64,000 nt of DNA, taken from assembly GCF_001194135.2 (NCBI RefSeq), contig NC_068981.1:176783966-176847965 (forward strand), written 5' to 3'. Under the pieces are notes generated by a model. That model worked only from the letters and a program-made list of their open reading frames with translations. It made no database searches and had not been told where the DNA came from. A program made the position numbers and the translations under genes. This DNA is from Octopus bimaculoides (lineage: Eukaryota). Shown one piece after another: positions 10,939-25,247 of the stretch (positions within the stretch are counted from its first letter, which is position 1; every line of letters starts with the position of its first letter).

Positions 10939-13900
10939 AACAACAAACAAGATGAAGACAAATGTCCACCGAATGTAAATAATGTAAATAATGCACTAGA
11001 TGATACTGTTCCAGAAGATGAAATCGCCTTTCATTATTTATGCCATAGCTGGGACAGAAAAGGGGTCGTCCTAACATTTTAGGATCTCTGCAATAAATTT
11101 AGTCCTAAACAGTCTCAGAAGAGCCTTCACCTTCATTTCTTCTTCAATGCTTGTCTTGGCATAAATCGTTGTAAAGAGGTCGGTGGATTTATTAAGGTAT
11201 CACAAGTAAAAGAAGTCTGCTAAATGCTGAAGCTCTCTTGAAGAATTTTGCTGACAAACATTTTGGATTTAGCAAAATTTGTGAAGGCAATACAGATAAC
11301 AATGCATCTGTTTATCCCGATGCCTTTTGTTGTATTAATCCAGGGAAAATTGTTTATTACATTGACTCTGGTAAAGGAACCAAGGAAACTTACATTTTAA
11401 GTAAGCGATACAACTAACCTATTTAAATTTAGTTACTTTTATATACATATAACTGTTTTAGGAGTTGTGTCTAGTTTTATTTATTTATTTATTTATTGTG
11501 TTCATACTGTTGTGAAATATCAGCATCACTTCACTGGCAGCGTCTCTTCCACTTAGCATTTGTGAGTAAAGTGAGTGGAAAATAGCAGATACTTCAGTCA
11601 ATGTCACCTACTTGTAAACTTTATAAAATCAAACCAGCCAAAATTAAAAGTCAGTATGTCTTTAGATAGCCTACTGTTTTAATTATTATAATAATTGCTG
11701 TTGCTATTTCTGTCCCTTTAATTATTACTCTTATTTATGCCTTTGTTCTTATTATTGTAATTGTCAATGAAGGTATGTTGTTATTTAATCTTACTGCCAT
11801 TTGCTAATTTTTATTATTGTTGTTCTCAGCCAAAAGATGCAAATAAATTCTTGACAACAAGAATGGTTTCAAATATTCTGTTTTACTTCAATTCTCTACA
11901 GTAATCTTTTCAGGAAGTTCTGTTAAAATTGAAAGAATCTTCTTTTTTTTTTATAATCTTAAAATATTTATTTAGATAACTATATATAGAAGCAAATCAG
12001 ATAAACTATCTTAAATCAAAAACTTATGGGTTATTTTTGCCATAATTTAAATAAGTGTACATATATTTGATGTAGTTATGAATGTAAAAACAAAGTGTAT
12101 AAAAATTTTGACTAATCTCAATACAAATTGTCACATTTAATCATTATAGACTGGTTGTGTTTCTGAATAGAATATTTTATTCTCCATCGCTTCAGTTCAC
12201 AAAATGGTCAAAAAGAGATATTCTTACAAAAATCTGAAGGGCTGGTTACCAATTAATATATATTCCTGGTCACAAAAGGACAAGTGATTCATTTTATTTA
12301 ATATACCTTAGGATAAATAAACATGTAACCTTTTTATTCTGTCTAAACATCTATATCTGTATGTCCAAGTCTGTAATTCTTCTATTCATCTGCCCATATA
12401 TCTCTCCACCCATTCATTTATTTTCCATTCATCTACTGCCAGCTTTGCTTTTATTGTTGGGAAATGAAAATGATTGTCTAATAGGATAGATAATAGAAAA
12501 TTAGTTGATAAATTATCATCAGATTGAGTATGATTGTTCTATAATAGACACTTTTAATGAGACTGGTTCACTTGTATTCACCTGACATTTAATTACATGT
12601 CCAGAATTATACTTCCTATAGCTGTTGATGATGCTTTTTGTAGATATTTTACCAGTCTTAACTTGCAAACTATGAGTTTGTAGACAAAGCTTGAACTTTC
12701 TACTTTAGCACTTTATCAGTCATTTGAACTATTCATATATTCTGTAATTAAAGCTAGTTATTGTAAGCAACTAAAGGAAGGAGCAATTTTCTTTATTAAA
12801 GATGTTAATTGCTGCAGTTGATTGAAAACAAATGGACAATCTAAACAAACAGAATGTAGATGTTATTTATATATAATAAATTATCAGATAGGCACAAAAC
12901 TACAAAGGGAGTCACCATCATCATCATCATCATCATTTAATGTCTGTTGCTATGGATTGGATGCTTTGACAGGAGCTGATCAGCTGAAGAGCTGTTCAGG
13001 CTCCCTGTCTGTTTTTGTATGGTTTTTATGGCTGGATGCCTTTCCTAATGTATTTCTTTTTTAATCAATTCCTAGTACATCAATGGTAAAATGATGAACA
13101 GTAGAATCAATCTTGCAGTACTTCTACTCAGAATGTAACCACTGTATTTTAACATGTATATGGAACCCATTTTTGTCAAAAATTAGGTTAAAAAAATATG
13201 GGAGTTTCTTATACATGGATAGTATTATAATCCTTTACAAAACCTTTTTTCCAAATTTTAAGCCCCAAAAATTAGGGATTCCTTATACACGTTAAAATAC
13301 GGTAATTACTGTTACTGACAATCTACCATTTATGTCATCCAATGGACTTCTTTATAAACAGATCTCATTAAGATGATTACTATCATGGTATAGGTTTTAC
13401 AACTGCAGCCATCTTATCCCATGGAGCCGCTGCAGTCAAACCTCCAAGTCTAAACAGTGGGATCAGTTGGCATAGACTGACTCGCAATTTAACCTTTTTT
13501 GCATTGAATTAGTTTATATTTGTCCCAAATTTTCTACCTGTTTTGTATTCAAACCAGCTAGATCTGGCCTTTTACACCTACCCTAAAATGTGATACTAAA
13601 ATAAACAATCACATCTTTGAAATCTCATAGTTACAAGATAATACATGATTAATTCAAAACAATGTGAATAAAAAGGCATACATTTGATAGAGTAATCTGA
13701 ATGTTAAAGGGTCAAAACTATTAAGCTTAGGCAGGAAGAAAAGCCCTGAAGCCTTAAGGGTCAGTTCATATATCCACTTGAGGGTGTGCAACTCTTTCTC
13801 GTGATGAAGAAACTGCCATGATATTCAATCTGGTATAATTCTGATTTCAAATTTTGGCACAAGACCAACAATTTCAGGGCAGGAGTTAAGTTGATTATAT

Positions 13901-16450
13901 CGATCCCAGCGTTCAACTGGTACTTAATTTATCGACCCTGAAAGGATGAAAGGTAAAGTCGACCTTAGTGGAATTTGAACTCAGAATGCAATGCCTCTAA
14001 ACATTTTGCCCAGCATGCTAACAATTCTGCTAGCTCACCACCATAACATCGTATAATATTGAAAGCTTGATTTCAGAATGGCTGATTTCAATTTCTAAAA
14101 GTTAGCATCCTGTATTTTAGATTTACAGCACAGAGAATAGATTCTAGTCATGTATGATAAAATTATTAAATAGTTACAATTTTTTTTTTTTCTGCTTAGT
14201 GTATTAGTGGTTAAACATTGTTTTTAACTACAGTGTGGTTGGCATTATCTTGCTGTGCTACAAGATTGTTAGATTTACAGCACTAACTCATTAATAAAAT
14301 GAAAATAAACTTCTAAGAGTTCTAATTAAGACATCACAGTTTAGTTGTCATGGAAGTGAAAAGAAAAAGGCATTAATAAAAGAAAAAAAACAATCACTGT
14401 GCAAAAAGATATTTTAGATATTAACCCAATCTTTTGATTTGCTTCCAATGACCTGGCTGATATCATTAGGTTATCACACATTTATATCCTATGTCTTAGT
14501 TATATATATTTATATTCCTTGTGCTAATTACTGATTTTTATTGTATGGTATTTTATATAATTTTGTAATATTTGGTTTTGTTTTTTTAACCCAAGCATTT
14601 ATTTTGTTTGCCTAACTTAATCTAACTTCACTCTTCCATAATTAAGAGAAAAGCCAAGTAACATTATATTTAAAAAAAAGTTTCTTGCAAAATGGAAACG
14701 AAAACAAAAAGAAACTGTCTCTGGCCAAATCATAACACTGTTTTTGTTCTTTTGGTTCTATCTTTCTTTCTTCCTTTCTTTCTTTCTTTTTTATCCTCTT
14801 TTAATTTTTCTATTTTGCCAAGTTTCTTTGGTTGTGAAAGTCTTTTAAAAGAACCAGAAGGATTGTCACAGTCATAAACAACTAACAACTACATCAGTAA
14901 TCTGATATATATTGTTTGTATGATGCCTCTTTAACAGTTTCACTTCTTGCTTTCTAGTTACGCTAATAAGAAAAGTAATAATTACAATGTTTATTTTTTA
15001 GGTAAGGGAGCTGTTATAAGTGATTATCTCTATCAAAGTTGTTATTGTCATTTAGCATCAGGTCAGCTCTGATTGAGGGGACATGGACAAAATTACTTCA
15101 GCAATGACAACTCACCTTACCAATTGTTCAATATGTCTTCCTTTTTTCTAAGAGAATAGAATGTGATTTGAAGGAGATTTGGTTGCTAGATCTAGAGAGT
15201 CAACTATATGTCATTGGCTATAGCCAATGAAAAAGATAAAGCTAATCAGTCAATAATATTAAGTTTAGTCAAGTAAGTAAAGTTTAAAAACCACTAATGT
15301 AGTTTAACCACAGACAAGTTTATGAAGCAGAATGTATCTAGTGAAAATGGAAAGTATCAAATTAGATTTAGGAATAAGGCAGCTAACTGGCAGAATCATT
15401 ATCATGTCAGACAAAATGCTTAGCAGTAGTTCATCTGTGTTTATGTTCTGAGTTCCAATTCTAGGGATGACTTTGCCTTTCATCTGCCTTTCATCCTTTC
15501 ACATCGATAAAATAAAAACCAGTCAAGTATTGGAGTTGATGTAATAGACTTCCCCCTCCCCTCGAAAAAAAAACTGCCAACCCTGTGCCAAAATTTGAAA
15601 CCATTAAATTAGATTTAGGAATATATGGAATATTTTTGGTAAGGAGTAAGCCGAAAGGGTTAAGCTTAACAAAGGAAATTGACTGAAATATGGGACAATA
15701 TTGTTATATTAGACACTGTGGTAGCATGGAAGAAAAACAGCTGTGAAATCAGTTATGATGATTATACCAAAAATATCAAAATCTGATTCTCTTTCAAAAA
15801 AATTGAAAATCCAGAATGAAATGTCATTATAGAATTTTTCTACTCTATTTATTCAGATGTTTTTTTAATTCAGAATTACTACCCTTACAAACAAGTGAAG
15901 CTGACCTTTTCTTTATTCCATTTTACATTTACTTCTTCTATTGATAACAATATTAAAGTCATGTAAACAATGTCTTTCTCACATACTGTAGAGCATTATT
16001 ATAAAGAAAACATTGCTTAACAATACTGTGAATTTACTTCCTGCTATGTGTCATCAGTCCTCTTATCATCGTGGTTGTTAAGTTTTCATGGCCAAATATG
16101 TGAGCCTGCAGACAAGGCTGTTGGTTTGCAAGAATTGCAACATATCTTCATGCAAGACACATGATTAAAGAGTAATGAGTGAGAAAGATTAAGGCAGAAT
16201 TAGCTGTAAGAATATTCCTTAATTTAAGTATAATTCATTGATGTCATGAGTAGAACAGAATAACTGAGACAATGATGGAGAAGTGCCTTTTATATTTGAT
16301 TAGTGAGAAAGGCTGTTGTCTGAACCAAATAAAGCAGAATTCTTTAAAACAAATTTTTGTTTGTCGTTTTCCTTACAATGGGTTTTGAATAGTAGATATA
16401 ATGAGTTAGATCTTATGCTAGCTTTCATAGTATAAAGCATTTGAGAGATA

Positions 16451-17333
<883 letters not shown>

Positions 17334-20300
17334 TGTCTTCTTTTCTGAATAGGAACTCAGCTATTTGTAAATTCCACCACTGACTACAGCAATATGTTGT
17401 TCCTCTCCATACTATCTATATACATCTAATAAGGTTGGGTCACTGAATATTGTTAAGTGACTTTACCACAGGTATAGTCCTGTGTAGCTGGTAAAATATG
17501 AACCATAAACCTTTTAGCTAGAGGGTCAGAGTTCTTTACAATCAGGCGCCAGTCAAAAACAATGTTCAGGTTACTTAATTGTATCTTTTAGAACAATAAA
17601 AGTATGAACTTCATTAATACTAGATGCATACATTATATTTTTCTCTTACATATCCTGTATTCCGTGCTTAGATACCTCGTGTATGTTTTATCTTTGATAA
17701 GCAATTTCTTAGCTTTGTTTGGGCAGAACACCTACTTGTATTTCTCATATGTATATAATTATATTTGCACTGGTTTATATGTATATGCTATGCATATAGA
17801 GACGTGTGAATATTTATAAAGGAGTGTAACAGAAAGCCTACAGCTTTAATAAACATATTACAAATCTTTGAGATGCACAAGAATTATGCATAATTAGAGA
17901 AGCAAACATAAGGTTCTTATGGAAATCTAATCAGCAAATTCTCATGACCTCAGTGTGGAGGGAATACAATTATTGATATTTTCCTTTATTTTAAACTATT
18001 GTTTTCTATAACATACTAAAGGGTTTTGTTATTTAACTTTCTAAGTAACTTAATATGAGAAACAAGTCGTTTATATTGACATGACAGCACAAAATTATAA
18101 TCTTGTTTGTGTGAACATACATAGTTTTTTTTCCTGCTATTTTTGGGTTTCTCTCAGAAACTTGATCATTTTGTCTCTAACATGTTTATGAATGAAACTT
18201 TATCCATTTAAAATATTTTGTAATCTGTTAGTAGTTTTATATTATATTGATTGTAAAAATCAGGTGCACTTTTATATGTGAAAACAATATTTCTCATAGT
18301 AAGACAGATAAAACTGCAGGAATAGGGTTGGGCAGACATTTTAAATAGAATTTTCATTGATTTTTAGAACAAGTCGATTGTTTCTTAACTATTTCTTAAG
18401 TTTGTGTGATTTAAAAGTTTATTTTTACAAAGGTTTGGTGGTAATGCAACAAATTTAAGATATTGCTGTTTTAACATCTTATTGTTGCAAAATACTTCAT
18501 CTTTATAGAATCAATAGCAATAATTATAGTGGCACTCTATCTATTGATAGAAATAATCAAAACATTGTTCTTTTTTATAGTTTGATTTTTTTTTGTTTTT
18601 GTTTCTGGTAATGAGTGTAAATTTTATTATATTTCAATATTTAATTTGTTCTAATGGACAATAGTAATAATGTAGCTTAATTGAATTTTTTTTTTTTCTC
18701 GCTATTTTTCTTCAATATCAGAGTTGACTTTCTTTTGTTTAAAAATTATTTTTATCCAAGATTAAAAAGAAGAAGACATGATATCTTTGCTTTGCTCCTC
18801 CATGCTATTAACCTCTGAATAAACTATAGCTTTATGATAAAGTGGGTGTTGCGTTTTTTTTTTTTTTTTTTTCTAACCAATCAGTTTCACTAATGAAAAT
18901 ATTTGCAAATTTAGTCACAGAAATAGCTACCTAAAAGGTATATAAGCAATATATTTTGGTGTATTATTAGGGTTGTTACATAGTTATTGATAAATAACAA
19001 CATTTGATAGACTGCATATTATATCAATAATTACCAAACCTCCATTTATATGACAATGAATGCAACACAACTCTAACTGTTAAGAAAGCATCTTGTATGT
19101 ATCATTATCATCATAGTTTTAACATTCAATTTTCCATGCTCACAGATGGAATTTTATTATATGCAGAATAATTTTATTTACATGAAATCTTTCATAAAAA
19201 GAACAATGGCAATAACTACAAATCATAAATATATCTTTAACTTAATATCTGAAAGTCATCCTATAACCTAATTGATGAGGTATAGAACATGTTAAAATGA
19301 TTAACATTCACTACCATTCCATCTAAAATCTAAAAGCTATGTGTTTCAGTAGTCTACTTATTTTATCAGTCTCATTTTTATTCAGTCATAAGATGTCTCT
19401 GAAGAAACTCTTCAACACACCTCTATTAATCAATAATCTTTTGAATTCAATTTTGATTTTATTCTCTCATATTGATTTAAATTTTTAACAAAGATATTGG
19501 TAGTATTGTGCTAACTAACCAATTACTCTTATCTCAACTTCTAAAATATTAACTCACATCTGAATGTATTGGAGTTAAATCTACAAGACCATAAAGAATT
19601 CATGAATACTTTTCACTACCTGAGAAATTTCAAAAGACAGAGAAAGAGTGAGAGAGATTTGCTATACAGACTATATGGTATAAATAATAAATAAAAAATA
19701 TTCAGCAGATTCCAATATTGGTTACCACAATGTATTTGCTTTCTTGAACATGATATACAGTAATCTCCACATGAGATTAGCTAACCAATGCATATATTAC
19801 AGCAATAATTCTATAGAAAGTTAAAGTACATCTAAACTGTTACACATTTATTCATTCATGCTGTTTCTTTGTTTTATTATGTTTTGTTTTCTGTTTCCTG
19901 AATATTCTTTCCATATATGCCCTGCTTAAAAATTATTTGCAATATTTAGATTATAAGAAAAGCAAAACAAAAGAAATCAATACACAATCTTTGTCAATAT
20001 CTTGCAAAGAAAAGAAAAAGGAAATTGTGATTGATGTCCAAAACAAAATTATTTTTAAAATATTTGATTTTTGTAAAGTGTTATTTTAAATGAATTTTTT
20101 TTTTTTTTTGTCTTGGTATAGGAGCAGAATATTAAAATTTTAACCAACAAATTATCAGTAACTGATAAGTATATAGGAAAGGAATTCTTTTATTTTCTTT
20201 CATAACATTCTGGTGTGGGAAGTCCTCCATATTCATCAATGGTTTGGTTACTTTTTTCCATTGATCTAGTCTAGATTTATTTTCCATAAGTGTCTACATT

Positions 20301-20849
20301 ATCTAGTCACCACAGATAAAACTTAGCTTCCAATGGAAATTATCACTGGGTTAGAGGATAAGGTTGTATGGGCAATATGTTAAGCCACTTCTACAGAGTT
20401 ATTACTTCTCTCCCACTAAAACCTTATGCATTTAGTCTTAAATATTATGTTTACTCTTCACTGACTAATGATAGAGAACATAATGAAATTCATATCTTTT
20501 CTGGAATTTGATGCTTTAATAGCATAAATATTGTGGTAATTTTAATTTAGTTAAAAATATAAGATATTTAGGAGTAGGGGTTAAAGGAAAGAGTGAGCTC
20601 TTAAGCTGGTATATGAATGTGTTAAGAAAACTAGACATGAAAGGATGAAGTGATAAAAGCTATCAGTTAAAAAATTAATGCTAATTGAAATGAACACACT
20701 AATAATTTGTGGACTGATATCAGGACTTCAAGATGGTTTGGAAACGAGTATTGTGTAAACTTATTAATGTTAGATTTGAAACAGGACAAAAAAGAAATAA
20801 GAATTCTTTTTGGATAAGTAGTGTAGAAATGATTTTAATTAGAAAAAAA

Positions 20850-21600
20850 AAGAGGAATTGGATAAAATTTTGAGTTGCCAAGTTTGGGGAAGTAATCAGA
20901 TTATACAAAGTAAATAGATGAAGCCTTGGACTGAGCAAGTAGAATGAGAATGGTTGACTGAAGTGTTTGGTGGGATTAGGGGCTGGTTCTGGAGCGTACT
21001 GTGTGAGGAGTCGTCGGTTTTGTTACTGTGAAGTGACCAGAGGTGCTTTTGCAGTTGACAAGTATGTGCACATGATGGTGTTGCTGAAGGAGAAAAGAAT
21101 TTTGTTGAATGTGTACCTACTGGAGTTGGAAACAAAATGGGTAACAAACATTGAAATTTTTCTCTGTGGATACTTCAAACAAAGCCATCTTGAATGAAAA
21201 GGAATTCTACAAAATTAGCAAGGGACCAAAAGGATGAGCTAGAATTTAAGAGTGATAACTTTGGTGTTGTGTGCACGAAGAAAAGCATCTTCTGCATTTT
21301 AAATGGTAATCTTACAGGAAATTCAGTGGTCACAAAAACCTAACCCACATCCCATTTGTGGATGTGGATAAGTTTATCCAGGTATTCTATGCAATGTTTT
21401 TCACCTGTACTGCTACTACACAACTGCATGTATATAGCCCATCTAGATTTCAATGTTTGCCAGTGATTATTTCTAACTCCTGTGCTTGGTGATGTAGAAA
21501 ACAATACAAGATTATGCGGCTATTTTTTAAGACAGCTCCCTGAGGTGTTGCAGCAGAAATTCAGTTCCCACTGTTCTGTCTGGCATCTGGCAGTAGGCCT
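20850..21600 (-). mobile_element. Heavily degraded CR1/L2-like LINE fragment (APE endonuclease end and linker)
   Basis: Frameshifted motifs EFLLQHLRELS, GLGFCDH (SDH-like) and TPSCA. Many stops. Confidence 0.35.
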
Positions 21601-22357
21601 CTACTTAGAAACCTTTTCTATTTATAGCCTCTGAGAAACAGCTGCAACATGCAAAGTGCAGTTTGGAGTTATGTCATAAGAAGTTAACTTCTCAACTACA
21701 TGGTTCTGGTTTCAGCCCCACTGCATGGCACCTTGAGCAAGTATCTTCTGCTATGACTCCGGGCTGACCAAAGCCTTGTGAATGGATTCTGTAGGCAGAA
21801 ACTGAAAGAAGCTCATCGCATGTGGTGCATGTGTGTGTATATGTGTGTTTTTGTGTTTGTCTCCACCATTACCACTTGATAACTGGTGTTGGTTTGTTTG
21901 CATCATCCTCATTTCATCATCATCATTATTGTTTAATATCCTTCTTCCATGCTGGCATGGGTTGGACTGTTTGACAGGAGCTGGCCAGATAGAATACTAC
22001 ACCAGACATTTGTGTCTTTTTTTTGCATGGATTTTACGTCTGAATACCCTTTTCAAAATACTGAATACTCTTTGCAAAATGGGCTGAGTGTGGACTGGAT
22101 CCATTTTAAGTGACACCGCCACTGGCAGGGTCACCAAGTAATTTTACAAGACAAGGAATCTTTGAGAAGGTAGGGGGCATTGGAGGAGGTGATCTTCCCG
22201 TAACTTAGCCTTTCAGCAAAAGAGAGTAATAGAATAAGTGCTAGGCTTTAAAAAAAAGTCAGCACTGGGGCCGATTCGTTCAACTAAACCCTTCTAGGTG
22301 GTGCCCCAGCATGGTCACAGTCCAGTCACTGAAACAAAATAAATAAATAAATAAATA

Positions 22358-22770
22358 GGCGTAGGAGTGGCTATGTGGTAAGTAGCTTGCTTACCAACCA
22401 CATAGTTCCGGGTTCAGTCCCACTGCGAGGCACCTTGGGCAAGTGTCTTCTACTACAGCCTTGGGCCGACCAAAGCCTTGTGAGTGGATTTGGTAGACGG
22501 AAACTGAAAGAAGCCTGTCGTATATATGTATATGTATATATATATATATGTATGTGTGTGCATATGTTTGTGTGTCTGTGTTTGTCCCCCTAACATCGCT
22601 TGACAACCGATGGTGGTGTGTTTACATCCCCGTAACATAGCGGTTTAGCAGAAGAGACCAAAAGAATAAGTACTAGGCTTACAAAGAATAAGTCCTAAGG
22701 TCGATTTGGTCGACTAAAGGTGGTACTGCAGCATGGCCACAGTCAAATGACTGAAACAAGTAAAAGAGTA
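22358..22770 (+). mobile_element. Full-length group A SINE within (TAAA)n; other group A copies/fragments at 8310-8440, 8690-8880, 21700-21900, 22195-22345, 29455-29700, 32137-32425(-), 34600-34815(-), 42695-42920, 48555-48710, 48925-49325, 50200-50375, 52330-52548(-), 61135-61230(-), 62262-62480(-)
   Basis: High identity to 2802-3217. Fragment boundaries are approximate. Confidence 0.88.
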
Positions 22771-23689
22771 AATAAATAAATAAATAAATACATAAATAAA
22801 AGAAAGAATAAATAGACTGTGTTATCCCTTGACTTGTAGCCTGGCCTGAGTGCTTGCAACAGAGTGAAGATGATGACCAAGTAGCATGTCAGGCCTGCCC
22901 CTACCCTTCATGTAACATATAAGACCATGCTCTAAACAGTGTATGTACTTCTGAAAATAATCCACTTAATAATTCTCTATTCTTATAGTTTAATGCACTG
23001 CACTGGAAATAGCTCTCTATTTATACATAAACTAAGAAGCACAACCTTCTCATTCAACAACTGTCCTGACTCTGAAGTTTAAGCTACAAAGAAAAAAATA
23101 TTTGTAATTAGAAATAGGGTTGTGTAATTTTAATTAAAGCAGAAAAAATATATACAATAAAATGTTTCTTGTTTAAATTACACTTAATTTCTTAATTTTT
23201 ATTTTGTCTCTTTTTTTTTTTTTTTTTTTAACTCTTTGTTTAATTTTTATTGAAGTTGACTGCTTGCTACATCAGATACTGTCTTTTTGTTTTTTTTTTA
23301 AATTAGAAATTCTGTTTAATTATATTTTTCCTCGTTTTGTCTTTCTAATATTCTTTAATTAAAATTAACTCAGTTCTTTTGAAAATGTGTAGTTACTGAT
23401 TATAAGCTGGTGCAATCCACTTTGTGTGGATGGAGGCACAGAAGTACAGGTTTCTAACCATTCCACTGTCAGCTTTCCATAAGTTAGGAAGGAGAAAAAA
23501 CAAGTTTGAATAGTACTGGAGAGTGGAGGAGCCGTTGGGGGTGGAGAATATAGCTTAATTTCATCTTTTGAAGCTGAATTACATAATATATCTCTGGAAG
23601 AAGAATTAGATTGGTCCATATTGTGTCACAGTTTAGTAAGGCAAAAGTGCTGTAAAATAAAAACAAAGACCCTGAGATCAAGTCAAACC

Positions 23690-23691
23690 AA

Positions 23692-23777
<86 letters not shown>

Positions 23778-23903
23778 GTGCATGTGTGTGGGCATGTGTG
23801 TGTATGCATACACGTGTGTATATGTCTGTGTGTGTGTATGCATACACGTGTGTATATGTCTGTGTGCATGTGTGTATGCATGCACATGTGTGTGTGTGTG
23901 TAA
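23690..23903. repeat. (TG)n microsatellite decaying into 22-bp TG-rich units; other large simple repeats: (ATT)n 3590-3650, 3856-3985, 4316-4372; (CA)n 4917-5010; (GACA)n 37760-37797; (GA)n 42090-42180; (AAT)n 46110-46280; (CAT/CAC)n 46985-47100; (GATA)n 59030-59101; (CA)n 61245-61330
   Basis: Seen directly. Confidence 0.97.
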
Positions 23904-24189
23904 AAGTTGCTGTTTTACCAACAGAAGCTATAGCTTGAGTGTATTTCCATTTGTGCGCACAAAACTATGAATTTAGTTTTAGTTTGCCTAAAAAGTAGGG
24001 ACACCTCATTTCTGTTGCTATTGTTTCTATAAAAACTAATTAACAAAGAACAAAAATTTCCAGTTTTAATAATCCATTCTTTGATGTGTTATAGTCTGCT
24101 GGGTATTGGAGGAAGTTAACTGTGAATGAATGGATCACAACAGTGAGATACCAAATTCATGTGGGTGCTTGTAGTAGTTAGACAGTGCA

Positions 24190-24450
24190 TGGGGAAGATG
24201 CACTTGTGCCAGTTTGGACACATGATGGAAAACAAATGATGCATACTCAATAGTGTCATGAGCTGGTTGTTGATGGCAGCAAGAGATTAGACAAAGGAAA
24301 ATATAGACCAAGATAGTTGGGTATCAATTAGGATATGCAAGGCACTATAGAACAATCAACAAATAACAGAAATAGCTTGGTAAAGAATCAATACAGTGCA
24401 CTCATACAACCCATGCAAGCATGGGAAAAAAATTGATGATAATAATACTG
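24190..24450 (+). mobile_element. Old RTE LINE 3' end (ORF C-terminus and UTR)
   Basis: FGHMM-like codons followed by ACCCATGCAAGCATGGGAAAA and a (GAT/AAT)n tail. Confidence 0.5.
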
Positions 24451-24789
24451 CTAATGAGTGTACAAAAGGTATCATGACATTTCGAGGAAACAATACTGCC
24501 AGTGTACTACTGTTCACACAGCAGATGTTGCTTATAGTTCCCAGCCTGCGTCTATTAAGCTATAAATCATTGCCACCATTGTTGTTATGAAAATTGAAAT
24601 CATAAATTAACACCAAATAAAAGATACCCTATTTCAGTATCCCAGTATCAGTGCTGTTACTCACTATGGGGTTTTGTTGATGGCTCTTGCAGCTAATTCT
24701 AAGTTTAAAATTTCCTTTCAGTTATCAAACATCATCAAGAAGTGAATGATATCTCCTCTTCTTTGTAGTGCTTACCACTCTGTTTGCAG

Positions 24790-25135
24790 CCTCATTGCTC
24801 TCAAGACCAACAGCTGTGTCATATGCTTTTACCTCAGACATAACTCATAATTCAAACAGTTCCCTCCCTCCAACAACTCCTTTTTTTTTTTCTATGCTTC
24901 TAAAGTTTCTCCATCACCAACTTCATTAAAATTTGTTGTCCCTTAAACACTAACAAATCCTCATTCAGTTGGCATGCCAACAACTGGAATTATTTCCTAT
25001 CTTAACCACACTTTATTTTTCGACATTCTCCTTTATGAGTGTTACACACGATCATGGCAGCATGCAACCATACCACCTCTAAAGAAACTTGATCTTTCAA
25101 AACCTACTTACTACTCCTGTATCAATTTACAGCAT
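24790..25135 (+). mobile_element. Degraded CR1/L2-type reverse transcriptase N-terminal fragment
   Basis: LNTNKSS..GMP and SWQHATIPPLKKLDLSKPTYYSCINL resemble the L.TNKS.GPDGIP and SWK.A.V.P..K.GD.S.P.NYRPISL motifs. Confidence 0.55.
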
Positions 25136-25216
25136 TTTTAGATAATTGAAATAAATATTAATGTTAATTTAGTAGAAAACCTTGAGTATCTATCCCCACC
25201 AACTCTCTCTCTCTCG

Positions 25217-25247
<31 letters not shown>

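Larger units (their letters stand above)
10513..10996. mobile_element. Head-to-head (tail-out) dimer of a tRNA-headed element with a Penelope-type hammerhead tail; 11-bp TSD TAGATGATACT
   Basis: Arms of about 200 bp (10544-10756 and 10771-10996) are reverse complements. TSD at 10502-10512 and 10997-11007. tRNA-like GGTTAAGAGC..CTACTAA..GAGTT(A/C)GATTCC at 10752-10797. Confidence 0.8.
10477..11417 (+). pseudogene. Degraded reading frame of unknown protein, interrupted by the 10513-10996 insertion
   Basis: Removing the insertion and one TSD copy restores HKKYANSILDDT-VPEDEIAFHYLCHSWDRKG... About 150 codons with one TAG and one frameshift. Begins after the acceptor-like ttttatactttgatacag. Confidence 0.35.
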
